Source of the DNA: Candidatus Latescibacterota bacterium
Lineage (GTDB): Bacteria > Latescibacterota > UBA2968 > UBA8231
Length of the DNA stretch: 64,000 nucleotides
Assembly (NCBI GenBank): GCA_965197905.1
Contig: CBDAOB010000003.1
Location: 192,001 to 256,000 of the forward strand
Direction of reading: 5' to 3'
Shown: in pieces, positions 28,023 to 37,986 of the stretch
Position numbering within the stretch: position 1 is the first letter of the stretch
How the letters are laid out: each line of letters starts with the position of its first letter
Program-made: the position numbers and the translations under genes
Notes under the pieces: model-generated
Database searches by the model: none
What the model was told of the DNA's origin: nothing
What the model saw: the letters and a program-made list of their open reading frames with translations, nothing else

Positions 28023-30987
28023 GACGAGCGAACGCCAGTCGACGAAAAGTGCCTCGTCGCCCCAAGGGCGCGACCAGCTCAGTCCGTTGCAGGTCGACGA
28101 GCTGCGGCAGGATCTGGAGAACCGGATCGCAGGAGAGGTACGCTTCGACCCCGTCTACCGCGCCATGCATTGCACCGATGCCAGCGTTTATCAGATCATG
28201 CCGCTGGGGGTGGTGATGCCGAAGACCGCCGAAGACGTGGTGCAGGCGGTAACGTTGTGTGAAAGACACGGCGCTTCGATCACGGCGCGCGGGGGCGGAA
28301 CGTCCCAGGCCGGACAGGCGATTGGCGCCGGGCTGCAGCTCGACTTTTCGAAACACATGAATCGGGTGCTCGACCTGGACGTCGAAAAGCAGGTGGTGCG
28401 GGTAGAGCCGGGGATCGTGTTGGACGAGCTCAATGCCGAGCTCAAATCCCACGGTCTGCAGCTGCCCCTCGACCTGTCGACCTCGGACCGGGCGACGATC
28501 GGCGGCATGCTGGCCAACAACTCCTCGGGGACCCGTTCGATCGTATACGGCAAGACGATCGATTTCGTCGAGGAGCTGTCGGTGGTGCTGGCGGACGGCA
28601 GCTTGGTGCAGATGCGCCCGCTCTCGGCCAGCGAGCTCGAGGATCGTCTGACTCGGACCGATCGCGAAGGTGCCTGCTACCGCATCGTGCGCGACCTCGC
28701 CTGCGCCCACGCCGAGGAGATCGAAAGGCGCTATCCGCAGATCCTGCGCCGGGTTGGCGGCTATAACCTGGACGAGTTCGTCTCGCCGGATCGGTTCAAT
28801 CTAGCGCGGATACTGGTCGGTTCCGAGGGCACGCTCGGATTGACGGTGGCGGCAACGCTGCGATTGGCGCCGCTGCCCAAGGCGCGCGCCGTATGCACGA
28901 TCCAGTTCGACGACCTGCTCGAGGCGATGGCGGCTACCCCCGTGATTCTCGAGCACAATCCCTCGGCCGTCGAGCTCATCGACCGCTTCATCTTGCATAC
29001 GACACAGGGACGCACCGAGTTCGAGCCGTTGCGCGATTTTATCGAAGGAGATCCGGGAGCTGTGCTGATCGTCGAGTTTTTCGGCGAAGACGACACCGAG
29101 CTGCCGGCACGCATCGATGTCCTTGTGGAATCGTTGCAGGGCCGTGGTCTTGGACACCACGTGCACCGGGCAGTAGACAAACCGGCGCAGGAGCGAATCT
29201 GGTCGTTGCGCCGGGCGGCGCTGGGGTTGTCCATGTCGCAGCGCGGCGACGCCAAGTCCATTTCCTTCGTAGAAGACGCCGCGGTAGCGCCGAAACACCT
29301 GCACGATTATATCGCCAGGTTTCAAGACATCCTTCGGAAGTACGATACCGATGCCGGTTTCTACGCTCACGCGTCGGTGGGACTGTTGCACATCCGGCCC
29401 GTGGTCAATATGAAAACGGCGGAGGGCGTGGCGCGGTTCGAAGCCATCGCCAACGAGGTGGCCGACCTGGTGTCGGAATTCGGTGGGGCGCTGTCGGGTG
29501 AGCACGGGGACGGATTGGTGCGGGCACCCTTCCAGGAGAAGATGTTCGGACCGGTTCTGTACCAGGCGTTCTGTCAATTGAAAGCGACATTCGATCCGGC
29601 CGGGGTGCTGAACCCCGGCAAGATCGTAGACGCACCGCCGCTGACGGCGAACTTGAGATTCGGCGGGGCATACCGACCGCAAGAGCCGGAGACGGCGTTC
29701 GACTTTGCCGACTTCGGCGGCATGGTGGAAGCGGCGGAGCAGTGCAGTGGTGTGGGCGCCTGCCGCAAACGGCTGACCGGGACGATGTGTCCTTCCTACA
29801 TGGCAACCGGTGACGAAACCGCTTCGACCCGCGGCCGGGCCAACGCGCTGCGGCTCGCCATGACGGGGCAACTGCCGCAGACCGAGCTGACCGACGAGAC
29901 GCTCCTGCCGGTGCTCGATCTGTGCCTCGAATGCAAGGCATGCAAGAGTGAATGTCCCACCGGGGTCGACATGGCGCGACTGAAAAGCGAATTCCTGCAC
30001 CAGTACTGGGAACGGCACGGCGCCTCGCGCGGTGCCCGATGGCTGGCTCAGACCGACCGAATCGCCCACTGGGGGAGCCGGTTGGCGCCGCTATCGAACT
30101 GGCTGATCTCGAGCACCGCGGCGAAAAGCTTCAACGAGAAACGGTTGGGTTTGGATCGCAGACGGCCGCTGCCGCGATTTGCCCGGCGCACCTTCGAAGA
30201 CTGGTGGAAAAGCCAACACCGCGTCGAGCGCAAACGCGACGTCGCCGTGTTTGTCGACACGTTCTCCAATTACTACGAACCGGCGACGTTGATCGCGACC
30301 GTGCGCTTTGCAGAACGGTGGCAGAAAGAGGTCGTCATCGCGCCTCGGGTCTGTTGCGGGCGGCCGGCGATCTCGAAGGGGATGCTCGAGCAGGCAGCGC
30401 AACAGGCAGCAACTACGACGCAGGCGCTGCTGCCGCTCGCACGGCAAGGCTTGCCGATCGTTTTCTGCGAGCCCAGCTGTTACTCGGCGGTGGTTGACGA
30501 CCATCCGCACCTGCAGCGCGGCGCCGCCAAAGGCGAGGCGGAAGAGGTGGCGGGGGCCTGTGTGACGTTCGAGCAGTGGGCGGAGAGCGCCCTTAACCAA
30601 AATGGCGAGGCGCTCAACGGCATGTCCTCGGCAACGGCACGGCGCATTCTACTGCACGGGCACTGTCACCAGAAAGCGCTGGTGGGCACCGATGCCGCGG
30701 AGCAGCTACTCTCGAAGATCCCCGATTGCGAGGTGAAGGTGCTAGACAGCGGTTGCTGCGGGATGGCGGGAAGCTTCGGGTACGAGCACTACGAAATTTC
30801 GCGCGCAGTGGGCGAGCTGCGACTGCTACCCGCCGTGCGTGAGTTTGGTGCCGATGGCTGCGTAGTGGCGTCGGGGTTCTCGTGCCGGCAACAGATCGAA
30901 CATTTCACCGGGGTTGCCGCGTTGTCACCGTCGGTGCTGCTGGAGAAGGCGTACCGCGGGGCCCGCGACGCTCAAGCCGCGGAGTAG
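28015..30987 (+). CDS. FAD-linked oxidase / Fe-S fusion (GlcD+GlcF-like D-2-hydroxyacid dehydrogenase)
   Basis: RGGGTS, GEHGDG, CSGVGAC, CLECKACKSECP, CCG motifs. Confidence 0.9.
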   Translation: MVETSERQSTKSASSPQGRDQLSPLQVDELRQDLENRIAGEVRFDPVYRAMHCTDASVYQIMPLGVVMPKTAEDVVQAVTLCERHGASITARGGGTSQAGQAIGAGLQLDFSKHMNRVLDLDVEKQVVRVEPGIVLDELNAELKSHGLQLPLDLSTSDRATIGGMLANNSSGTRSIVYGKTIDFVEELSVVLADGSLVQMRPLSASELEDRLTRTDREGACYRIVRDLACAHAEEIERRYPQILRRVGGYNLDEFVSPDRFNLARILVGSEGTLGLTVAATLRLAPLPKARAVCTIQFDDLLEAMAATPVILEHNPSAVELIDRFILHTTQGRTEFEPLRDFIEGDPGAVLIVEFFGEDDTELPARIDVLVESLQGRGLGHHVHRAVDKPAQERIWSLRRAALGLSMSQRGDAKSISFVEDAAVAPKHLHDYIARFQDILRKYDTDAGFYAHASVGLLHIRPVVNMKTAEGVARFEAIANEVADLVSEFGGALSGEHGDGLVRAPFQEKMFGPVLYQAFCQLKATFDPAGVLNPGKIVDAPPLTANLRFGGAYRPQEPETAFDFADFGGMVEAAEQCSGVGACRKRLTGTMCPSYMATGDETASTRGRANALRLAMTGQLPQTELTDETLLPVLDLCLECKACKSECPTGVDMARLKSEFLHQYWERHGASRGARWLAQTDRIAHWGSRLAPLSNWLISSTAAKSFNEKRLGLDRRRPLPRFARRTFEDWWKSQHRVERKRDVAVFVDTFSNYYEPATLIATVRFAERWQKEVVIAPRVCCGRPAISKGMLEQAAQQAATTTQALLPLARQGLPIVFCEPSCYSAVVDDHPHLQRGAAKGEAEEVAGACVTFEQWAESALNQNGEALNGMSSATARRILLHGHCHQKALVGTDAAEQLLSKIPDCEVKVLDSGCCGMAGSFGYEHYEISRAVGELRLLPAVREFGADGCVVASGFSCRQQIEHFTGVAALSPSVLLEKAYRGARDAQAAE

Positions 30988-31080
30988 GGAATGAATGGAT
31001 CGAGTTGCCGTGCGCCGGCAGAGTGCCCTGCATACCGTGCGGCCACCATGTGCCCAGCCACCAAGGACATTGCCAGGCAG

Positions 31081-33277
31081 CTAGGCCAGCTTTAACAGGA
31101 CGACCTCCTGGATTCCCACTTTGGGCAGCTCGATCGTCGCTGGTTCGCCCACGACCTCCAGCGCCTTGCCATGTAGTGGCAGTGAGGCGCTCTTAACCTC
31201 AAACCCATTCACGGTGATGCCGACGTCGGGTACCGGCACGATCTCTTTTACGAACAGGCATCTCTCAAACATCTGACTGATTGCCTGGTGTTCCCGTCCA
31301 GGCTCCCACGGCATGAACGGCCAGGGATTGTTGAGCAGGTGGATGGATACCTCTTTGGGACTGAGCTTGGTGGCTGTGACCTCGATGACGCTGGGCGCCT
31401 CCACCTCGATCGGCGGTTCGGCAATGCTTGCCAGGTAGGCGAAAAACTGCTTTAGCTGGGGCAGGGGATTGCGGTCATACCCGCCTCCCACGTCGCCACA
31501 TACGTAGATCGCGCTGCCCTTGCCAAAGGTATTCACCGTGACCGCCGGCAAGCCGGAATCGTAGTCACCAAAGGCATAGAAGTTATCGAGAGGCGGTCGG
31601 CCGTCTTGGTGCTGGAGGCTGCTCTTGGTGAACAGGGTCTTTATCTGGCTGTCCGGCCTGACGGATACATCCGTCTGTTTCGCGGCAAAAGCCACGATAT
31701 AGCCAAATTGATCGCGCAGCCCTTTCTCCTGGGGCACGTAGATGTTGCCGGTGGCCGGATCAACAGCACCCGTATCCTCCTCGGGCGGCACTGGTGAACT
31801 CAGATAGTCCACACCCAGCACCTCCGCCAAGGCCAAGTTGTCTCGCCGCTGCCCAAGTTCATCGTAGAGGGAGGTCTCATACGTCGCCAGGAGAGTCCCC
31901 CCCTCGGAGACAAACCGCGCAACAGCTTCCACCTGTTCATCAGTGAGACATCTTGTATCGGAGAGCATCAGCATCTGGTAGGACGAGAGGTTGTCGTAGG
32001 TCAACTGCTGATCAAAGACTATATCGGTGAGGATCTGCGACCGAGTGAGCATCTCGCAGCTGCCTCGCATCTGCCGCCAAAAGTTGTCCGCCTCCTTAGT
32101 AGTAGCCAAAGTCCCTGGTTTGCTGTGAGAAGTGCAGGGCAAGATACTTGACCGATTCATCGCCGACGTACGGCCGCAGCTTTTTCAGCTCGGTGAAGAT
32201 TGACTTTGCGGCATCCCCAAACGCGGTGTGTTCGCCCGCCTTGAGAAAGGGAGCGATAGCTGCCCCTCCGTGGGCGACGGTCGTCAACCCACAGACCATT
32301 TGCGAGTACGGGGCGGGATAGGGAGAACTGAGGGACTCGCACTCGGGAAGTATCGGCCTCTGGCACATCCAGAACCCGAACGACGGGGCGGCAGCTTTGA
32401 ACCGTTTTGCGGCAAAAGTCGGGCTTTCAATGGAGGCCAGTCTGGAGAAGAAATAGGAGCTTCCGTTTACTGGATTCAGCGGATGGCCCATGGTCCAGCA
32501 CATATCCGGGGTCTGGCGCGCACAACCACCGTAGTTGTACCAGTCAATGATGGCATCCGGATACCTGGTGTGCACCTTCTGCGTGACATGTTCGATACCT
32601 TCAAGCCACTTGTCGTAGCGCCAGTTCATGAACCGCCTGAAGTCCATGGAGTCCAGGTCCACCTTGCCGGGCAGCTGCTGCCCCGTCTCCTTGAGGTAGA
32701 GCTCCTGGCAATATTGGCAGCAACACCCCACGGTGAGCCGCTGGGTACCAGAATGTGAGCCCCAGTTGGTGTCATCGAAGTAGATGCCGTCAAAGTCCAG
32801 GTTGTCAAACATCTCGTTGAGGTACTCGGGCAACCAGTCCCGGTACGGCGAGTTGACGCAGAACCATCCCTCGTTCCAGATCTCGGGTAGGCCATCATCC
32901 AGCATCTGGATCATCCACTCCGGATGGATTTCGACCAACTTCTTGGTGAAGGTGAAGGGATAGTAGCTGAGGACGAGAATGCCCTTCTCGTGGCACAGGT
33001 CGAGAAATCTAGAGATGCGATCCGGGTCTGCATCGGGAGGCGTTTCCATGATCTTTGAAGGCCAGAGGGGTGTACCTCGGTCCCTTTCGCCACTGATGAC
33101 CCAGACCTCGAGGCCGGCCTCAACCCAACCCTTGACCTCCTCCTCTATGGTGGCGCCTGAAACGGCGCTATCGCCCGATCGCGGCGTCACGACCCTAGTG
33201 TGGTACTCGGTTCGGCACACCCTTTTTTCGTAGGGCAGCTCCTTCAGCCTTTGCGCGGTGGACCCTATTCTTTTCAC
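31081..33277 (-). pseudogene. glycoside hydrolase-like TIM barrel + beta-galactosidase trimerisation-like domain, frameshifted
   Basis: HPEW, CVNSPYR, DGIYFD, CCCQYC in the N-frame; LMLSDTRCL..FVSEGGTLL in the C-frame; junction ~32100. AGGAGG precedes GTG 33277. Confidence 0.7.
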
Positions 33278-33314
33278 GATCCTACCTCCTCGTGAGGCGT
33301 TTTGACCATCTATG

Positions 33315-34124
33315 TCAGCACGACCCCTGTGAATCACTGGGCACGGGCGACGTCGGATCGCGGAACAAAAGTCCGGCATCCGTCGTATGACAATCGATGT
33401 CGAGCATTTTCAGGCTGTGCCACACCGTTGCCTGATTGGCCGCCACCACCGGACGACCAAGTTCACTTTCGACCTTCTCAACAACGTTGAGTGAGTAGAC
33501 AGCAGTGTCTGGAATCACCAGCGGGTGGTTGCGGCCGGGCAAGCCATCGTCAAAGCGCTTGGCCTCGCGCAGGAGATCCAGCTTGATGGACACGCCGTCG
33601 TCGGCGCAGTCCAGAGCTACCATGGCCGCGACCTCTATCCCGGCTTCATTGAGAAATCGCTGGAAGGCGGTAGTCACCGGTGGGGGGTACGGGCCCAGGA
33701 GGTCAACGGTGTCAGCGTCCAGCGTCTCGATGGCGGCGAGCATGGCGAGCGAGGTGCTGGTCGCCGGCAACCCGGTCGCCCGGGTCAGCTCCGCGACTTG
33801 ATTGCGGGACCATTCTAGACCGCCAATGAAGCTGGCGCAGGTGCAAGGCCAGCTCAGCGCATGACAACCGGCATCCGCGAGCCGGCGGGCGGGCGGGGCC
33901 AGAACTTTCAGGTCTCCCGTCTGCCAGACCGAGTCGGGAGCGTGGCTGCCCGTGCTGAACGAGGCTTCGAAGAGGACCTCTACGCCGTCGATGCCGTGCT
34001 CCTCGATCCACCGGCCGTACTCCCCGGTTTCCCCGAGAAATGGCGCGTCATCGGGACTCATTCCGGGTCGATCGCTCGGCACGATCAGTCCAAGTCGTTT
34101 GCGGTTTGGTGCCTCGGTCTCCAT
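33315..34124 (-). CDS. maleate isomerase / Asp-Glu racemase / arylmalonate decarboxylase family protein
   Basis: WPCTCASF, GPYP, PDTA, GRPVVAANQATVW. Confidence 0.85.
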   Translation of the reverse strand: METEAPNRKRLGLIVPSDRPGMSPDDAPFLGETGEYGRWIEEHGIDGVEVLFEASFSTGSHAPDSVWQTGDLKVLAPPARRLADAGCHALSWPCTCASFIGGLEWSRNQVAELTRATGLPATSTSLAMLAAIETLDADTVDLLGPYPPPVTTAFQRFLNEAGIEVAAMVALDCADDGVSIKLDLLREAKRFDDGLPGRNHPLVIPDTAVYSLNVVEKVESELGRPVVAANQATVWHSLKMLDIDCHTTDAGLLFRDPTSPVPSDSQGSC

Positions 34125-34199
34125 TGAAACGTTTTCCTTAGCAGCAAACGGAACGCGCGGATCGGGACTCTCGACAGTCAGTGCGTTCGGAGCGGGCTA

Positions 34200-35054
34200 T
34201 CAGGCCGGCGGGTCGCCGTGCCACCAGTGTTCGAATGGGTTCGAATACAGGATGCGGTCGATCGTCTCCTCCGACACGCGCGGCAGCGCCGTGCCATCGA
34301 CGAACTGGTTCGCATGGCGCAGCCCGGCGATCGATTCGTCGACCGTGGTTACCGGGAAATCGGTGCCCCAAAAGATCTTATGAGTGACCAAGTATTCCTG
34401 CGCGCAGACCAGCATGTTGTAGAACTGCCACGGCCGGTAGAACAGGTCCGATATTTCGGCATAGACGTTGGGCTGCTTGCGGATGATGACAATGCACTCC
34501 TCGCACCAGGGATGTCCCATGTGGGCCATGATCATTTTCAACTCGGGGTACTTGAGCGCAATCGGTTCGACATGGATAGGCCGGCCCATATCGACCGGAG
34601 ACGGCCGGGTATAGGTCGTGCCCATATGCATGGTGAGGGGCAGATCGTTCTCGACCAGGTATTCGTAAACCGGCGTCAACCTTGGGTCGTCCAGAGCTAC
34701 TGCATTGTAAATCGGGCCGAACTTGACCCCGTGGAGTCCGAGATTCTTATGCGCATGGCGCAGCAATTCCATACAGTCAGGGCGGCGCGGGTCGACATAA
34801 GCGAAGCCCACGAACTTGTCAGGGTACTTGGTCACGGCGGCGGCGGTCGTCTCGTCATCGCCTTCAATGCCCACCGAATCGCCATAGCGTAGCGTAAAGA
34901 TGATAGCCTTATCGACCTCAGCCATGGCCGCGCAGAGCGTGTCGCCGTCCGCTTTGTTTCCCGAGAATCCTGGCCGCATGTTGGCGCGCTTATCATCGTA
35001 GTCGCCGTCGCGGTGGCGGTCCTCGAAGATATTGACGTGACAATCCACGATCAT
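34200..35054 (-). CDS. amidohydrolase-2 family protein
   Basis: IVDCHVN, GVKFGPIY, AHMGHPW, WGTDFP. Confidence 0.88.
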   Translation of the reverse strand: MIVDCHVNIFEDRHRDGDYDDKRANMRPGFSGNKADGDTLCAAMAEVDKAIIFTLRYGDSVGIEGDDETTAAAVTKYPDKFVGFAYVDPRRPDCMELLRHAHKNLGLHGVKFGPIYNAVALDDPRLTPVYEYLVENDLPLTMHMGTTYTRPSPVDMGRPIHVEPIALKYPELKMIMAHMGHPWCEECIVIIRKQPNVYAEISDLFYRPWQFYNMLVCAQEYLVTHKIFWGTDFPVTTVDESIAGLRHANQFVDGTALPRVSEETIDRILYSNPFEHWWHGDPPA

Positions 35055-35069
35055 TTTGCTAGGACTCCT

Positions 35070-35588
35070 TCAAGCGGGTTCGATGAACATGGTCTCGCCG
35101 ACGGCGCCGCGGAACCAAACGTCGCGGCAGGACTCCGCCAATTCTTCGAGCTCATCGAACGAGGTTCCGGTGGCGAAAAGGGTGCTCGGCCCGATCCCGT
35201 AGGCACTGAGCAGGTTGTTGCCTCGCTCGTAGAAAAACGCAAAGTCGAGGATGAGCCCGTCCGCGTTGGGCTCCAGCGGTTGTCCAGAGAGCGTGTTGCC
35301 GCCCGCAAAACCGCCCGTAAGGCGCGCGCTGACCGGCGCGAAGAGCAGGTCGCCGGGTCCGGGATAAAGACATGCCCACTCCTGCGGCGGCGCCCCGTCT
35401 GGCATGGGGACCAGGTTGTAGATCTCGTTGTTCGCGTACTTCGCATGGTAGACCTGTTCCTCGACCGGCAGCATCCTGGCTACCGTCTCACAGGTCAGGG
35501 GTGAACGGTCCCACCGCATGCGGAGTTTGGTGCTGACTTTTCGCTGGCGCAGCCCCAGCCGTATACAGGCCAACTGTTTCTCTGCCAT
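35070..35588 (-). CDS. DUF3830 family (cyclophilin-like fold) protein
   Basis: SPLTC..LP, HAKYANNEIY, PGPGDLL, FFYERG. Confidence 0.75.
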   Translation of the reverse strand: MAEKQLACIRLGLRQRKVSTKLRMRWDRSPLTCETVARMLPVEEQVYHAKYANNEIYNLVPMPDGAPPQEWACLYPGPGDLLFAPVSARLTGGFAGGNTLSGQPLEPNADGLILDFAFFYERGNNLLSAYGIGPSTLFATGTSFDELEELAESCRDVWFRGAVGETMFIEPA

Positions 35589-35636
35589 TTTCGCTCTTTC
35601 CGAATCGGAAGTAACGCGCGATGGAGTTCCCCGCCG

Positions 35637-36458
35637 TCACCGCCCCTTGAACCGGGGGGCACGCTTTTCCATGAATGCCCTCCGACCCTCTACGTAGTCC
35701 TCACTTGCGAAACACTGTTCGACCAAGCTTTCGATCTTTGCCAGGTCACGGTCCTGGGGATCTCGCGTCCCCTCATTCACGGCGGCCTTTGCGGCCAGCA
35801 AGGTGAGCGGGGCGTTTGCGGCGATCGACTCTGCGAGCTGGCGCGCGGCCGACTCCAATTCGGCAGACGGCACAACCCGATTCACGAGCCCCATCTCCAA
35901 GGCTTCCTGCGCGTCGAAGCGGCGTCCGGTGAAGAGAATCTCCTTGGCATATGCTGGCCCGACCACGTTCATCAGCGCTTTTATTCCGTGGAACCCATAG
36001 CCGAGTCCGAGTCGCGCTGCCGGGATACCGAACTGTCCGTCATCCGCCGCAAGGCGCAGATCGGCAGTGATCGCGATTCCGAGCCCTCCCCCAACGCAGA
36101 ACCCGCGAATCACGGCGAGCAACGGTTTTTCGATTTCCTTGAGAGCCGCATTGGCCGCCGACATGGTCTCGTCGTAGAACTCGATCTGCTCTTTAGTGTT
36201 GCGCTTTTCCTCGAACTCCGATATGTCGGCACCGGACACGAACGCTTTCTCGCCGGCCCCTCTCATAGCAACCACGCGCACGGCGTCGTCCGCTGCGAAT
36301 GCGGCGATGATCTGTGGAATGGCCTGCCACATATCTAGAGACACGGCGTTGCGTTTTTCGGGCTGATTGAAGGTGATCCAACCGACTCCGTTCTCTACAA
36401 GCGCCAGCATCCGGTCGGTATCGAGCTGAATCGTGATGGGATTCTCCTGCGGGGTCAT
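35637..36458 (-). CDS. enoyl-CoA hydratase/isomerase (crotonase)
   Basis: AFVSGADISE, GFCVGGG, FGIPAARLGLGY, EDYVEG..AFMEKR. Confidence 0.92.
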   Translation of the reverse strand: MTPQENPITIQLDTDRMLALVENGVGWITFNQPEKRNAVSLDMWQAIPQIIAAFAADDAVRVVAMRGAGEKAFVSGADISEFEEKRNTKEQIEFYDETMSAANAALKEIEKPLLAVIRGFCVGGGLGIAITADLRLAADDGQFGIPAARLGLGYGFHGIKALMNVVGPAYAKEILFTGRRFDAQEALEMGLVNRVVPSAELESAARQLAESIAANAPLTLLAAKAAVNEGTRDPQDRDLAKIESLVEQCFASEDYVEGRRAFMEKRAPRFKGR

Positions 36459-37633
36459 ACGATGCCGCGGGTGTGAAGTTCCTTGATCGCTTCCGCTTCG
36501 CATCCAAGCTCGGCCAGAATTGCGTCGGTGTGCTCCCCTTTCTCCGGGGTGGCGCTACGGACCGACGATGGAGTCCGGCTGAGCTTGATGGCCTGGTTGA
36601 CAACATCGAATTCGCCGAGCACCGGATGTTCGACAGGGGCTCTCATTTCGAGATGGCGCACCTGGGCGTCGGCGAACACCTGGTCCATCGAATATATGGG
36701 ACCGCACGGGCATCCGGCTTCGTTCAGCAGCTCGATCCAGTACTGGCTTGGCTTGTTCTCGGTGATGTTGGAAATCGCCCGGTTAATCTCCTTGCGGTTC
36801 TTCGAGCGGAGGGCATGTGTCAAGAACCGCTCGTCGACGATCATTTCGGGGGCGCCAAGGGCATTGCAAAAGCGCTCGTAAATCTCCTCGCCGGCTATGG
36901 CGATGTTGATGTGACCGTTCGAGGTCGGGAATACCCCGGTTGGAATGATGGTCGGATGGTCGTTTCCGGCGCTGACGGGGATCTCATCATCCTTCAAGTA
37001 GCGCGCCGCCTGGAAGTCGAGCATCTGGATCTGGGCTTCCAACAACGACGTCTTCACCCACTGGCCCTTTCCGGACTGCCCGCGCTCCAGCAGCGCCAGC
37101 AATACCCCCTGGGCACAGAACATGCCGGCGCACAGGTCGGCGATCGGTATGCCTACCCGCATCGGCCCGCCGTCGGGCTCTCCCGTGATCGACATCAACC
37201 CGCCCATGCCCTGCGCCACCTGATCGAATCCCGGCCTGTCCGCGTAAGGCCCGTCCTGACCGAATCCCGAGACGCTGCCAAGGATGATCCGCGGGTTGAT
37301 TCCGGCAAGCGTCTCGTAGTCGGCGCCCAGTCGGTACTTCACCTGCGGCCGAAAGTTCTCGATAACGACGTCGGCCCGTTCGACGAGACGGTGAAAGATC
37401 TCTTTCCCTTCAGGCGCCTTCAGGTTAAGCGTCAACGATCGTTTATTGCGGTGGAGGTTCTGAAAATCGAATCCGTGTCGGTCGCCCCCAAGGGCCTCGC
37501 CCTGGTCCAGCGGCGATTCGATTTTGATGACATTGGCCCCCCAGTCCGCGAGCTGCCTGACACAGGTGGGGCCGGCGCGCACTCGTGTCAGGTCGAGGAC
37601 GGTGTACGGAGACAACGGCATTCCAGAAGTCAT
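36455..37633 (-). CDS. CaiB/BaiF class III CoA-transferase
   Basis: VLDLTRVRAGP, HRNKRSL, ENFRP, GFGQDGPY..GFD. Confidence 0.93.
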   Translation of the reverse strand: MTSGMPLSPYTVLDLTRVRAGPTCVRQLADWGANVIKIESPLDQGEALGGDRHGFDFQNLHRNKRSLTLNLKAPEGKEIFHRLVERADVVIENFRPQVKYRLGADYETLAGINPRIILGSVSGFGQDGPYADRPGFDQVAQGMGGLMSITGEPDGGPMRVGIPIADLCAGMFCAQGVLLALLERGQSGKGQWVKTSLLEAQIQMLDFQAARYLKDDEIPVSAGNDHPTIIPTGVFPTSNGHINIAIAGEEIYERFCNALGAPEMIVDERFLTHALRSKNRKEINRAISNITENKPSQYWIELLNEAGCPCGPIYSMDQVFADAQVRHLEMRAPVEHPVLGEFDVVNQAIKLSRTPSSVRSATPEKGEHTDAILAELGCEAEAIKELHTRGIV

Positions 37634-37986
37634 ATCTCAGTGGCTTTCTCTCGGTCACAGAGTCTGGGGACGGAGCGGAGACATGGTCCGAATGCCGAAG
37701 CTAGCTCGATTCAACGCACACAGTCAAGCTCGTCATGTTGCGGACCCAGATGGGTCGAAGCTAGGCATCAGATCGGCATCAGATCGGCATCGCGGTCACA
37801 CCCACTTCTCCCTCATGCCCAGCACCGATGTAGGCAGCCTACCATTATAGCCAAAACCGCCGGTTGCGGCAGACCGGCCAGTAGCTCCTGCGCAAACGAG
37901 GGCTCAAGCTTCTGTTGATGGCACATATTTTTGATAGATTATCCGGGAGCTTGGATTCGAGCTGTTCACCGGACCTGTATGTCGGT

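Noticed and set aside
37764..37791. GGCATCAGATC tandem repeat (about 2.5 copies)
   Set aside because: Consistent with simple slippage in intergenic DNA; no supporting context.
36473..37918. 481-aa + ORF (likewise 28801..30069 and 58818..60044)
   Set aside because: Antisense shadows of the CoA-transferase, FAD oxidase and DctP genes.
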